Source: an uncultured delta proteobacterium
Lineage (GTDB): Bacteria; Myxococcota_A; Polyangia; Polyangiales; Polyangiaceae
Direction: 5' to 3'
Length of the DNA stretch: 64,000 nt
Assembly (NCBI GenBank): GCA_963716725.1
Contig: CAVQUB010000004.1
Coordinates: 96,001 to 160,000, forward strand
Below, piece by piece: positions 1 through 13,730 of the stretch. The notes below the pieces were generated by a model that searched no databases, had not been told where the DNA came from, and worked only from the letters and a program-made list of their open reading frames with translations. The position numbers and the translations under genes are program-made. Each line of letters begins with the position of its first letter. Within the stretch, counting starts at the first letter, position 1.

Positions 1-3497
<3,497 letters not shown>

Positions 3498-3624
3498 GGG
3501 GCCGGCACTCTGAACGTATGTCGGGGCATATCGAGCCAGGTATTGGGTCACGTTTTGACGCGCCGCGCAAGGCGGAGCGGAGCAGTGTTGCGCGCAGCCG
3601 GGCACTCGACGTTTGATGGAGCCG

Positions 3625-4374
3625 ATGAACTTCGCCGACCGAAGCGCCGCCCTGGTCTTGATCGTCGTCGCGCTGCTCGCGTGCAAGAGCAAGTCCGAGA
3701 ACTCCACGCCGCCGCCGCCCGTGTCGACCGCGCCGGTCGCGCTCACGCCAGGCGTCTGCCCCAAGGGCGCCAGCATGGATCCAGGTCAGGGCGAGTTCCG
3801 ACCCGCGGTCACGGCCTTCAAAGACAAAGACTACAAGACCGCGCAGCGGCTGCTCGATCATCTCTCCAAGCAGTACCCGAACAGCGCGACGGTGCGCGTG
3901 TGGCGAGGCGACTCGGCGCTCTTCGACAAAGGAATGAAGGAGAGCGAAGCCGCCGATGCGTCGATCCCGTTCTACGAAGAGGCCGAGAAGCTCCACGACA
4001 AGGGCTGCGCGCTCCCCGAGTACGAGCACTACTACATGCGGATGGGTGTGGCGTACGCGCTCTTGCGCAAGAAGAACGGCGACGAGGCCCTTCGCCACCT
4101 CGGCATCGCCAAGAAGCAGTGGGACAACAGCGCCGAGGTGTTTTACCACCTCGCGCGGGCCCACTGCATGAAGGGCGACGTCGACGAGTGCGCGACGAAC
4201 TTCGAGAAGTCGCTGGAAGTCGCCAAGTCCCTCCGGCGCCCGAAGTTCTTGCGCTCGCACAACTCGCTGGACGATTGGATTCGCCGCTCGCGCACCCAGA
4301 GCGAGTTCGTCGCGCTGCGCCGGGACAAGCGTTACGCCGCGACCATCAAGAAGATGAAGACCGACGACGAATGA
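3625..4374 (+). CDS. TPR-like lipoprotein, hypothetical
   Basis: Hydrophobic signal ending LLAC (lipobox-like); helical TPR-type repeats (YYMRMGVAYAL, VFYHLARAHC); start could be 3616. Confidence 0.7.
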   Translation: MNFADRSAALVLIVVALLACKSKSENSTPPPPVSTAPVALTPGVCPKGASMDPGQGEFRPAVTAFKDKDYKTAQRLLDHLSKQYPNSATVRVWRGDSALFDKGMKESEAADASIPFYEEAEKLHDKGCALPEYEHYYMRMGVAYALLRKKNGDEALRHLGIAKKQWDNSAEVFYHLARAHCMKGDVDECATNFEKSLEVAKSLRRPKFLRSHNSLDDWIRRSRTQSEFVALRRDKRYAATIKKMKTDDE

Positions 4375-4383
4375 GCTGACCGG

Positions 4384-4866
4384 CTACTTGCAGCTGGCGC
4401 TGACCGCGAAGTCGATGAGCGCGTCGGGCGAGCCGTGGTCGTCCAGGTAGAACTCCCAGCGGTACACGCCTTCCGGGAGCGGCCCGGTGTCATTGTCTCC
4501 GACGGCGGGTCCAACCTGCTCCCAGCTGATGCTGTGGTCGCCCTTGCCCGGGGCGATGTTGCCGAACTCGAGGATTTCGTCGGCGTTCGGCGTGGTCTCG
4601 GTCCAGGCCATGTAGCGGTCCTCCTTCACGTTCCGGAGCACCGGCGTCAGGATGGTGTCGTCCTTGAAGGACAGCATCTCGATGAACACGAAGTAGTGGT
4701 TGGGAGTCGCGTTGTCGAGCTTGGTCGGGCGGATGCAGTCGTCTTTGGGAAGCCGGCGTCCGTCGGAGTCGAGGGACACGTAGGCGTCCTTGATGTGCGC
4801 GGATTCGCAGCCGGTGGCGCCCAAGGCTGCGAGCAGGGCGACGGTGACGAAATGGCCGGGTCGCAT
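4384..4866 (-). CDS. Hypothetical lipoprotein
   Basis: 160-aa ORF with signal ending ATGC; codon pattern typical of coding sequence. Confidence 0.65.
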   Translation of the reverse strand: MRPGHFVTVALLAALGATGCESAHIKDAYVSLDSDGRRLPKDDCIRPTKLDNATPNHYFVFIEMLSFKDDTILTPVLRNVKEDRYMAWTETTPNADEILEFGNIAPGKGDHSISWEQVGPAVGDNDTGPLPEGVYRWEFYLDDHGSPDALIDFAVSASCK

Positions 4867-5048
4867 GAGCCCGAAGCGTACACGGCTCGGGCGCTTTTCG
4901 CCATCGCCTCGCGCGGACCTTGCAGCGGCGCCGAGACCCGGGCAAAGCCGCCCGAGTGACCGGGCGCGCGCTTCGATTTCTTCCCTGGCTCGTCGCCGCC
5001 GTGGCGGTTGTGGAGTCCGCGGCCACGCTCTTCTGGAGGTGATCGAGC

Positions 5049-6623
5049 GTGAAGCTTCGCGAGACCGCCGTCGCCCTCCTCGTCGCCGCCGCCGTCTACG
5101 CAGTGGCCGTCGCCGGGCTGATCTCGGTGTCCAAGCTGACCGGCCCGGCGGTGCACGAGCTTCGAGTGCTCGCGGCCATCGATGCCGCGGTCGAGCTCGT
5201 GAAGGGCGTCTCTGGGCGAGGCCCCTCGGAGCTGCTGCGTCCCGATCAGCGCGCGTCCCTCGAGTCCGGCGTGCTGGTGATCGGCGGCGCCTGGTCGAAG
5301 GCGAGCCTCGGGCGCATCGGTGTGCTGGACCCGCTCACCGCCATGCGCCTGCCGTGGTTGCTGCTCGGAGCGCTGGTGCCGCTCTCGCTCTACCTGATCG
5401 TGCGCCCCTCGCGTGGTCGCGCTGGCGGGTTGATGGCGGCGGCGCTGTGCGGAGTCATGCCGCGATTCTCCCACGCCGTGGTCGTGCTCGACGAAGGCGC
5501 AGTGGTCGCGTCGATGGCCTGCGTGGTGATCGCGGCCCACGTGCGCGCCATGGGTCCGGCGCGATCGGGAGCGCCCGGCGCCCGCTGGTCGCTGGCGTGG
5601 GCCGCCGGCGGGGCCGTCGCCCTCGGATTTGGCGCGTCGCTGTCCCTCGGGGTGCTCTGGGTCGTGCCCTTGCTCTTGGCGCATTTCGTCTGGGCACGCC
5701 GCCGGATCGCTCGCCGCTGGGTCGCACGCGGCCGCGTCCCGATCCCGGCGCTGCTGATCCTGGCTCTGCCCCTCGCGCCGCTGATCCTCTTGGCGCTGTC
5801 GCCCGCGCTCTGGAAGGCGAGCCCCGCCCTGGTCGCGCGCGTGTTCTTGGCGCCCTTGGAGCCTACGGTTGTGCCCAGCGAAATCGCTGGCAGAGTGGTG
5901 ACGGGGCTCCCGGTGCCCGGCCACTTGGGCTGGGCCTGGCTCGTGCACACGGTCCCCCTCGCGGTGCTCCTCGCGCTTTTTGTCGGGCTCTCCGTCATCT
6001 TTCACGAGCACCTGGCGCGGCGCTTTGCCTCGGGTTCGCTCCGCCCGGCGCGCGATCGCCACGCCCTCGGCGCGCTGGCGCTGATCGGGATCGCGGGCTG
6101 GCTCTTGGGCGTCGCGCTGATGCCCGACGTGCTCACGACATTTCCTCCACGCGTGGTCACGCTGCTGCCCTTGGTCGCGATCGCTTCGGCGTTGGGCCTG
6201 ATGAAGCTCGCGAGCTTCGTCGCCGCGCCCGGACTTCGCGCCGTGTTCGTCGGCGCCACGCTGACGGTGCTGGGCAGCGTCGCGGTGGCCCGGGCCGCGA
6301 CCGCCAGCGTGAGCGCGGGGCTGCTGACCGGCGGCGCACGCAGCGCAGCGCGTGTCTTGCCGATGGGCGACGGCAGCGAGGTCGCGGTGCTGGCGCGGAG
6401 CATCGACGCGCTGGGCAAGGCCAGCGTCAGCATCGAGACGCCGCCGCAGCTCCCGGCCGAGATCTGGAGTCGGCTGGTCGAGGCGCGGCGCATGAAAACG
6501 CGGGTGACGGTCCAGCCGAACGCGGAGCTGGTGCTCCAGCGAGGTCGTGGTGCTGGCGAGGTCGTGGGCGAGGTGAGGCGGGACGGCTTCGTGTCGTGGA
6601 CGCTGTTCCGAACCGGTCCCTGA
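5049..6623 (+). CDS. Polytopic membrane protein, possibly GT-C/PMT-like glycosyltransferase
   Basis: 524 aa, many hydrophobic segments; AMRLPWLLLGAL and MPRFSH resemble ArnT/PMT-type proteins (weak). Confidence 0.55.
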   Translation: MKLRETAVALLVAAAVYAVAVAGLISVSKLTGPAVHELRVLAAIDAAVELVKGVSGRGPSELLRPDQRASLESGVLVIGGAWSKASLGRIGVLDPLTAMRLPWLLLGALVPLSLYLIVRPSRGRAGGLMAAALCGVMPRFSHAVVVLDEGAVVASMACVVIAAHVRAMGPARSGAPGARWSLAWAAGGAVALGFGASLSLGVLWVVPLLLAHFVWARRRIARRWVARGRVPIPALLILALPLAPLILLALSPALWKASPALVARVFLAPLEPTVVPSEIAGRVVTGLPVPGHLGWAWLVHTVPLAVLLALFVGLSVIFHEHLARRFASGSLRPARDRHALGALALIGIAGWLLGVALMPDVLTTFPPRVVTLLPLVAIASALGLMKLASFVAAPGLRAVFVGATLTVLGSVAVARAATASVSAGLLTGGARSAARVLPMGDGSEVAVLARSIDALGKASVSIETPPQLPAEIWSRLVEARRMKTRVTVQPNAELVLQRGRGAGEVVGEVRRDGFVSWTLFRTGP

Positions 6624-6636
6624 GGCCCCGACTCGC

Positions 6637-7233
6637 TCACATGCGGTGAGCGCTGACCACCACGCCACCGCCGCCGTGGGCGAAGCCCACGCGGGCCACG
6701 ACCGCGGCCTCCGACGCGAAACACACCGGGCCGCGCGATCCCGCCAGCGCCACGGAGCCCGGCAGGCCGTCGGCGGCGCGGATCAGTCCCTTTTCGTCCA
6801 CCAACTCCAACGTGAGATCGGCGTCGGCGCGCTCCGCCACCGCGATCACTCGCACGCAAATCGGACCTTCGCCGAGGGGCAGTCGCACCTCGCTCGGTCC
6901 GGGCAGCTCGCGGACTTCTCCCAACAGGCGCGAGCCAGGCGCGCAGGCCTCGGCGATCTGCTTCGCTCGCTCGGCGGCACGGCCCGCGGTCGCGACCCCG
7001 GCGTGGCATCCGTCTCCGAGCGGTCGGGCGGGGCTCGGCGTCCCCGCGCTGCCCGAGGCGGTCGGCGCCGTCGCCGCGCTGGTCGCTGCCGCTGCCGCCC
7101 CGGGCCCGGCGGGCGCCCGGGTCTTGTCGCAGCCCGATGACGCCAGCAATACAAAAGCCAAGAGGCGAGCGACCTGCGCTCGCCTCGGTGGACCCGACGG
7201 TCCCGCGATCACTTCTTCTTCTTGGCGTTCCAC
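6637..7233 (-). CDS. Hypothetical lipoprotein (true start probably downstream of 7233)
   Basis: VARLLAFVLLASSGC lipobox-like segment followed by Ala/Pro linker and Cys-containing domain. Confidence 0.5.
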   Translation of the reverse strand: MERQEEEVIAGPSGPPRRAQVARLLAFVLLASSGCDKTRAPAGPGAAAAATSAATAPTASGSAGTPSPARPLGDGCHAGVATAGRAAERAKQIAEACAPGSRLLGEVRELPGPSEVRLPLGEGPICVRVIAVAERADADLTLELVDEKGLIRAADGLPGSVALAGSRGPVCFASEAAVVARVGFAHGGGGVVVSAHRM

Positions 7234-7826
7234 TCGCGCTCGACGCGGTTGCGGGATCCCATCACGGCTTCGTCGGCGGCGTACTTGACCTCGCCGGTGA
7301 CCATCGACCCCGGCACGGGCAGCTTGGGCACGATCAACAGCTCGAGGTTGAGCTGGGTGTTCTCGTCATCGATCTTCTTGATGCGCCAGCGCGCGTCCAT
7401 GCGCTTGACGTTGCCCTTGATCATCTGGCCTTCGAGGACTTCTTCGCCGTTGACGGTCTTCATCGGCTCGAAGCGGACCACGGCCCAAATCTTGGCTGCT
7501 CCCTTCAGGATCGGGACCTGGAGGTAGACATCGGTCTTGTCGCCATCGCGGCCGACGACCTTTGCCTTGTCGAACTTGGAAATGAACTTGGAGTAGTTCT
7601 TGAAGTCCGTGACGGCCTTCTTGACGTTCGCGACCGGCGCGGCGATGTGCACCCGGGCGGCGCCCGCCTTGGTGGCGCTGTGTGAGGTGGAGACCTCGTA
7701 GCGCTCGGCGTCCCGCAGCTTCATCAGGCGCTTGGCTTCCTCGCTCGACTCGGCGCTGGCAGCCGTCGCGAGCAGCGCGAGGCTCAAGGTCGTCATCACC
7801 ATGGCCAGAGTGCGTCGGGTCTTCAT
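7209..7826 (-). CDS. Secreted SRPBCC/START (polyketide cyclase-like) family protein
   Basis: Signal peptide; IAAPVANVKKAVTDFKNYSKFI and GNVKRMDARWRI match the helix-grip fold pattern. Confidence 0.7.
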   Translation of the reverse strand: MKTRRTLAMVMTTLSLALLATAASAESSEEAKRLMKLRDAERYEVSTSHSATKAGAARVHIAAPVANVKKAVTDFKNYSKFISKFDKAKVVGRDGDKTDVYLQVPILKGAAKIWAVVRFEPMKTVNGEEVLEGQMIKGNVKRMDARWRIKKIDDENTQLNLELLIVPKLPVPGSMVTGEVKYAADEAVMGSRNRVEREWNAKKKK

Positions 7827-8148
7827 TTCCGGTCTCCCTCGAGTTCAGCTCATCGCCTCATACGGTTGGAACGCAGAATTGCTTCCAACATGACGAGAAG
7901 CGGATGATTGGTAAAGCCCATCGGGCACGCTCCAAAGCAGTGCACGATGCGTGCCGGTCCGAGGAAACGACGGGCAAACGTCGTAGTGTCGCGGGGTTGC
8001 TCGGCTCGGGCCCTGCCGACGAGGCCGTCGGTCCGCGCCAGCTGGGTCTTGGCGAAGCCATTCGTTTACGGAACCTGGGCCACGCGTGCCACACCTGTTG
8101 CGCGCCACAAGGTAGCCGGGACCCCGGCGCTCGTGCTCCAATTGGGCC

Positions 8149-8868
8149 ATGTTCGCACGCAAAGGAACTGCCGCCGCGGCGGCCGCGCTGCTCCTGGCGT
8201 CTTCCGTCGCCTTCGGCCAGCAAAAGGCCGCCGAGTCGCCGCCCGCCAAGGCCGGGAGCGAGAAGTCGGCGCCGGGCAAGGCCGGGGATGCCAAGGCCAA
8301 GGGCGACGCCAAGGAGGCGGATGCCAAGGCGGAGCCGGACAAGCCCGCCGGGCCGACCGAGGGTTACTCCTGGTCCACCAAGCCCGCCAAGGGCGGCAAA
8401 TGGCGGCCGAAGAAGAAGCTCGATCCCAACACGCCGATCGCGACCTTCCCCGGCTTTCGCATGCTCGCCGATGGTTCGAGTCAGATCTGGGTTCACGTGA
8501 CCAAGAAAGTGAGCGTCACGGCCGCGGCTACGTCCCTCGTGCTGGTGGGCGCGCATGTCGCCGTCCGAAACAACACAAACGCGCTGGTGACCGAGTACTT
8601 CGACACGCCGCTCGCGCGGGCCAAGCTCAAGTCCGATGCCGCTGGCGCACAGCTGGTGCTCGAGTTGCGCGAGAACGTGGTGCTCAAGCATCGCGTCGTC
8701 GACGGTCCCGCGGGCAGCATGGTGGTCTACATCGATCTGCCCAAGGCGCAGAAGTCGTATTCCGTCCATGACGACTTCGAGCCGGACCGCCGCAGGGGCC
8801 GCCGTGGGGGCAGGGTGCTTCCGGCCAAGGGCGGAACGGGCGCGCAAAGGCGCGGCCCGACCCAGTAG
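8149..8868 (+). CDS. Secreted protein, AMIN-like beta domain
   Basis: Signal peptide, Lys/Ala-rich linker, beta-rich C-terminus (LVTEYFDTPLARAKL...QLVLELR). Confidence 0.55.
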   Translation: MFARKGTAAAAAALLLASSVAFGQQKAAESPPAKAGSEKSAPGKAGDAKAKGDAKEADAKAEPDKPAGPTEGYSWSTKPAKGGKWRPKKKLDPNTPIATFPGFRMLADGSSQIWVHVTKKVSVTAAATSLVLVGAHVAVRNNTNALVTEYFDTPLARAKLKSDAAGAQLVLELRENVVLKHRVVDGPAGSMVVYIDLPKAQKSYSVHDDFEPDRRRGRRGGRVLPAKGGTGAQRRGPTQ

Positions 8869-8872
8869 CCGC

Positions 8873-10737
8873 TTGCGCATCGCTTCGGTTCGCGTCGCTC
8901 TCCTCGCGCTCGTGGCCGCGTGGCCAACCCGCGCCCGCGGGGACGAAGCGCCGACCTCCGTCGCCGCGCCAGTGCCCTACTGGGTCGACTTCGAGGCGGG
9001 TCGGGTGGAGCTCGACCCCGAGCTGATGAAGCTCGAGCTGTCGCGGGACGTGCGTATCGTCGTCGATCGATATCGCCTCACCAGCGAACGACTCACGCTT
9101 CGCAGAACGGCCCGCGGCGTCGAGATCGACGGCGAAGGTCGGATTTCGTTCTGCCCCTGTGAGAATGCGCCGCTCTCCTTCGGATTCCAGCGGGCCATCG
9201 TGGCGCCGCCCACCGATCTGCTGGTGCAGGGCGCGACGATTCGGATCGGTGATGTTCCGGTGTTCTGGACGCCGGTGCTCTGGCTGCGCTCTCCGGACCG
9301 GTGGGGGCTCTTGCCGCCGCGGCTGGCGTGGCGCGCCGAGGAGGGGCTGCTCGTGGGCTCCGGCGTGCACCTGCCGCTCGGGGGACGCCGCGGCGCGACG
9401 CTGTCCTTCGCCGAGGTGTCGGCCGGCGCCTACCTCCGAGGCGGCTTTGAGCTCGAGACGCGCCTGGTGACGCCGACCACCACCTCGCGCGTGCGCTGGG
9501 ATCATCTCGACGACAGCCTGCTCGCCGCGGACGCGCACGGGTCTGCGGTGAGTCGCGAGGGAGCGACCCTGGCATTTCGCGTCGACTCCATTCGCGGTGC
9601 ACGGGGGCGTTCCGCCACCCTCGATCTGGAGCCCGCGTCGAAGCGCTTCGACCACGCGAGGGTGGGGCTGAGCGGTTCGGGTCGGGGCCTCGTGGGATCG
9701 CTGGGGTGATCGCAGCGGGGGAGCGGGGTGCGGCCGTGGACTCCGCGGTCGCTGCCGGGCCCATCGCACAGCTTTCTCTGGGCGGCGCCCTCGGCAGCGG
9801 CAGCAGCGCAGACGCTGACGTGGAGGCGAGCACTCTGCGGCAGCGCGGCCTGCCGAGCTCGAGCCTGGTGGTGCACCACGCACAGCTCGCGGCAGCTGCT
9901 TCGGCGGGCCCCCTGCTGCTGTCGGTCCGCCTGGACCAGCACGCGGTCTTCCAGGGCAGAGAAGCGGAGGCGCAGGCTTCGGCCTTCGCCGGGGCGCGCG
10001 GCCAAGCCAGCCTTCCCCTGGTGCGCGCCTTCGGGGGCGACGACGATCCGCTGGTTCATCGCGTCGAGCCCTTCATCGACGCCGGTTTCCGAGTGGCGGA
10101 GCGCCGAGGCCAATCGGGCGAGGTCTTTCGCGCCTTTGAGGCGGCTCCGCCGGGTCGGCTCGCCCTGGGCTCCGTCGGCGCGGCGAGCGGGCTGGGGCGC
10201 TACGGTGCTCGCGAGGCCCTCGAGGTCGAGCTGCGCGGGGGCGGCGCCTACGACATCGAGCAGGCCGCGGCGATCCCGGCGGTTGCTGCGGCGGTCGCCG
10301 CCGACGGGGAGTGGACGGGCGCGCAGGCGGAGTGTGCGGCGCGACCCGACTCGGACCGAGAGTTGTTCGTGACGGCGCGAACCAGGGCCGGACGCCTCGA
10401 TGGACTTCACATCGAGAGCCACGTCACCGGCGGGCTCGACGAACTCACCCATCGCTGCGCGCGCGCTCGCGATCCGATCACTTCCCCGGGACCATTCGTC
10501 CCTACCTCGACCGACCCGGTTGGTCCGCCGGCTCGCGCCTCGGGATCCCGTGGACGCGTGAGCTCGCTTCGCAGTTCGCGACGGAAGCGGACGTGAGCGA
10601 AGGCCGCTTCATGGCGTGGAGCGCGGCCGTCGGCTACCGGCACCCTTGCGGCTGCTTCGCGGTGGTCGGGTCGTACGGGGCAACGGGTCGGGCGCGACGG
10701 TCTCGACGCAGAGGTGACCCTCGACCTGATGCCCTGA
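8873..10737 (+). CDS. LptD-like LPS-assembly outer-membrane protein, split by several frameshifts (~9705, ~10445-10475, ~10685)
   Basis: N-terminal OstA-like part (ISFCPC, IRIGDVPVFWTP, GLLPPRL); C-terminal YRHPCGCFAV and terminal beta strand DAEVTLDLMP* pieced together across ORFs 8636..9709, 9706..10596 and 10311..10859. Confidence 0.55.
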
Positions 10738-10798
10738 CGGACCCGGCTCTGTCGCCCCAGGGCACGGGCGCGATGGAAATGCTCTACTCTGAGCCAGC

Positions 10799-11950
10799 GT
10801 GTCCGACTCCGAGCCGAGAATCAGCGAGCCCCCGGCCTCCGCCGGCACCCGCAGCCTAATCGGGTCGACCATCTTGGTCGCGGACGACGAGCGCTTGACG
10901 CGGGAGCACCTCGCCTCGCTGCTGCGGGGCAGCGGCTATTCGGTCGAGACCTTCGCCGACGGACAGGCCTTGATCGAGCGCGTGGGCAAGGGGCCTCGGG
11001 ACCTGGTGCTGCTCGACGTGATGATGCCGCGACTTTCGGGGTTGGAAGCCTGTCGCATCATCAAGGGCATCTCCGGGGACGCCTTCTTGCCCGTGGTCTT
11101 GCTCACGGTCCGTTCCGACACCCAGAGCCGCGTCGATGGCCTGCGCATCGGCGCCGACGACTACGTCGCAAAACCCTTCGACGAGCGCGAGCTCTTGGCG
11201 CGCGTCGAGGCCATGTTGCGCATCAAGAAGCTGCACGACCACGTGACTCGGGCCCGATCCAAGCTCGAACAACTCAGCGTGCACGACGAACTCACGGGGC
11301 TGTACAACTACCGCTATTTGCAGACGCGGCTCGCCGAGGAGTTCAAGCGTGCCGAGCGCTATCACGATCCGCTGGCCTGCGTGCTCATCGACATCGACAG
11401 CCTGGGCGCGCACAACGAGGTCGGCGGCCGCTCTCTGGGCGACAACGTGGTGCGCGGCGTGGCCGACGTGGTGCGGCGCTGCGTGCGCGAGGTCGACGTC
11501 GTTGCGCGCTACGGGGGCGACGAGTTCTTGCTGGTCCTGCCGAGCACTCACTTCGCGGGCTCGGTGACCGTCGCGGAACGGATCTGGCGAGAGGTCACCG
11601 AGCGCCCCTTCTTCGGCGATCGAAGCGGACCCTCCCGCGTCACCTTGTCGGTCGGCGTGGCCCTCTACCCCTCGCGGGACGTGCGCGCGAAGGACGCGCT
11701 GATCCGCGCAGCCGACTCGGCGCTGCATCAAGCCAAGCGCGACGGCGGCAATCGCATCTGCGTGTTCCAGCAGCAGGGTTACGTCTACACGCCGGTCGTG
11801 GGGCCCCTTCGTGCGGAGGCGGTCGACGACCGCCCTCCGCGTTCCAGCCGCGTGCTGACGCCGCCCAGCCAGCCGCCGCCGAGCCGTTCGCCGTCCAGTA
11901 TCCCGGCCCGTCGCCGGATCTCCGATCGTCCGGCGGGCAAGCGGAGCTGA
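10799..11950 (+). CDS. Response regulator-diguanylate cyclase (REC + GGDEF)
   Basis: ILVADDE, LLDVMMP, GADDYVAKPF receiver domain; DELTGLYN and REVDVVARYGGDEF (RxxD I-site plus GGDEF). Confidence 0.93.
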   Translation: MSDSEPRISEPPASAGTRSLIGSTILVADDERLTREHLASLLRGSGYSVETFADGQALIERVGKGPRDLVLLDVMMPRLSGLEACRIIKGISGDAFLPVVLLTVRSDTQSRVDGLRIGADDYVAKPFDERELLARVEAMLRIKKLHDHVTRARSKLEQLSVHDELTGLYNYRYLQTRLAEEFKRAERYHDPLACVLIDIDSLGAHNEVGGRSLGDNVVRGVADVVRRCVREVDVVARYGGDEFLLVLPSTHFAGSVTVAERIWREVTERPFFGDRSGPSRVTLSVGVALYPSRDVRAKDALIRAADSALHQAKRDGGNRICVFQQQGYVYTPVVGPLRAEAVDDRPPRSSRVLTPPSQPPPSRSPSSIPARRRISDRPAGKRS

Positions 11951-12019
11951 AGCGCCGGCCCCGAGCCGGGGCGCTCCGGGAGATCCATCCATCGTCGACT
12001 TCGACTAGGCTCGTGCGGA

Positions 12020-13405
12020 ATGCGCCGACTGAAGGTTCTCGTGCTCGCGGGCGCGGCGCTGTGGTCCTTGGCCGCGCACGCAGATCCTGAGAAGCCTCCT
12101 CCCCGGATGAGCGCTGCGGTGACCGCTCGGGCGCCCGTCTACACGCTCCGGCGCTGCCTGGAGCTGGCCGCGCGGAACTACCCGAAGGTCGCCGAAGCCA
12201 AGGCGCGCCTGCGACACAAAGAGGCGCAGCTGTCCCAGGCGCACACCGCGCCATTCAGCGAATGGAACCTGACCGCTGGGGTCGGTCCGGCGCCCACTGT
12301 TCGCGGCACCAGTATTTACAGCCCGAACACCGACGCGGCGCTGACGTCCAACATGGCGCTGGCCTGGCAGGTGGGCATCGACGGTGTGGTGCCGCTCTGG
12401 ACCTTCGGCAAGATCACCAACCTGTGGGACGCAGCCGAGGCCCAGATCAAGGTCGGCGAGCACGAGGTCAAGCGAGAGAAGAACGACGTCAAGATGTCGG
12501 TGCGTCGGGCCTTCTACGGGGCGCAGCTTGCGCGCGACTCGCTGGCGCTGGTGCGCGAAGCCACGCAGCGGATCGACAAACACCTGGGGCGACTCGAGGC
12601 CCGGGTGGCCGACGGCGACGGCGACGACATCGAGCTGCTGAAGCTGAAGATGTATCGCGCCGAGCTCGAGGCTCGGGAGAGCGAAGCGGCGAAACAAGAG
12701 CGGATCGCCCTGGCCGGACTGAAGTTTCTGATCGGAGCGCCCTCGGCCGTCGAAATCCCCGACCAACCGCTGCGACGCGTGCCGCACCGGCTGGCGCCCC
12801 TCGGTCGCTATCTGGAGGCAGCTCGCCTGTTTCGACCCGAGGTCAACATGGCGCGGGCCGGGGTGATGGCGCGCCAGGCCCAGGTCCGGCTGGAGCAGTC
12901 GCGCTACTTCCCGGATTTCGGTCTGGCCCTCAGCGGGCGCTACGGCCGGGCGCCCGAGGTGACCAATCAGATCAACCCCTGGGTCAACGACAGCGCCAAT
13001 CGCTTTCACTACGGCGCGGCGCTGGCGCTGAAGTGGAAGCTCGACTTTCTCCCGCAGAGCGCCCGGGTGGCCCAGGCGCAGGCGCAGCTCGAGGAGATCC
13101 GCGCCACGGAGCGCTACGCGCTCGGAGGCGTCGGGACCGAGGTGGAGCAGGCCTTTGCCGAGGCCGTCGACGCGGCCACACGCGTTGACGCCTACACCCG
13201 CGCGCAGGGCTACGCACGCCAGTGGCTGATCAAGGTGCAGCAGGGCATCGACGTGGGCACCTTCGAAGACGAGGACGTCGTCTCGCCGGCGAAGGAGTAC
13301 GCGCTCAAGCGCTTCGCGCAGATGAGCGCGGTCTACGAGTACAACATCGCCATCGCCCGGCTCTCGCAGGCGACGGGCTGGGACTCCATCGCACCGGTGG
13401 ACTGA
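12020..13405 (+). CDS. TolC-family outer membrane protein
   Basis: Signal peptide; two OEP-like repeats (TLRRCLELAARNYP, RPEVNMARAGV, YFPDFGL, YNIAIARLSQATG). Confidence 0.85.
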   Translation: MRRLKVLVLAGAALWSLAAHADPEKPPPRMSAAVTARAPVYTLRRCLELAARNYPKVAEAKARLRHKEAQLSQAHTAPFSEWNLTAGVGPAPTVRGTSIYSPNTDAALTSNMALAWQVGIDGVVPLWTFGKITNLWDAAEAQIKVGEHEVKREKNDVKMSVRRAFYGAQLARDSLALVREATQRIDKHLGRLEARVADGDGDDIELLKLKMYRAELEARESEAAKQERIALAGLKFLIGAPSAVEIPDQPLRRVPHRLAPLGRYLEAARLFRPEVNMARAGVMARQAQVRLEQSRYFPDFGLALSGRYGRAPEVTNQINPWVNDSANRFHYGAALALKWKLDFLPQSARVAQAQAQLEEIRATERYALGGVGTEVEQAFAEAVDAATRVDAYTRAQGYARQWLIKVQQGIDVGTFEDEDVVSPAKEYALKRFAQMSAVYEYNIAIARLSQATGWDSIAPVD

Positions 13406-13730
13406 GAGGCTCGGCTCGGGCGTGGGCGTGGGCTCAGGGCCTGTGAAAGAATCCCCAGCGACCACGAGGGAAGGAGCACCGGCAGCGCTTCGGAGTCGCC
13501 GGCATGGGGGCGAGGCGCAACCCCAGCACGATTCGCCGAGAGACGCTGGGTCGGGTTTGTGCGGCGCCGCGAGCAGCAGCGTCGCGGACTAGGCGCGAGC
13601 GCTTCCGACCTGGACGCATTCCCGCACGGCGCTCTGCCGCGCTCGAAGGCGAAACGGCCACCCACTGCGCTGCCGCTGACAAGGACCTGGGGGGGCGTCC
13701 CATGCACGACCCTTGGAAGTCCCTGGCGAG

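Noticed and set aside
13406..13434. Short GGCTC / GGGCGT repeats after tolC
   Set aside because: Only 2-3 copies of 5-6 bp; expected by chance at this GC content
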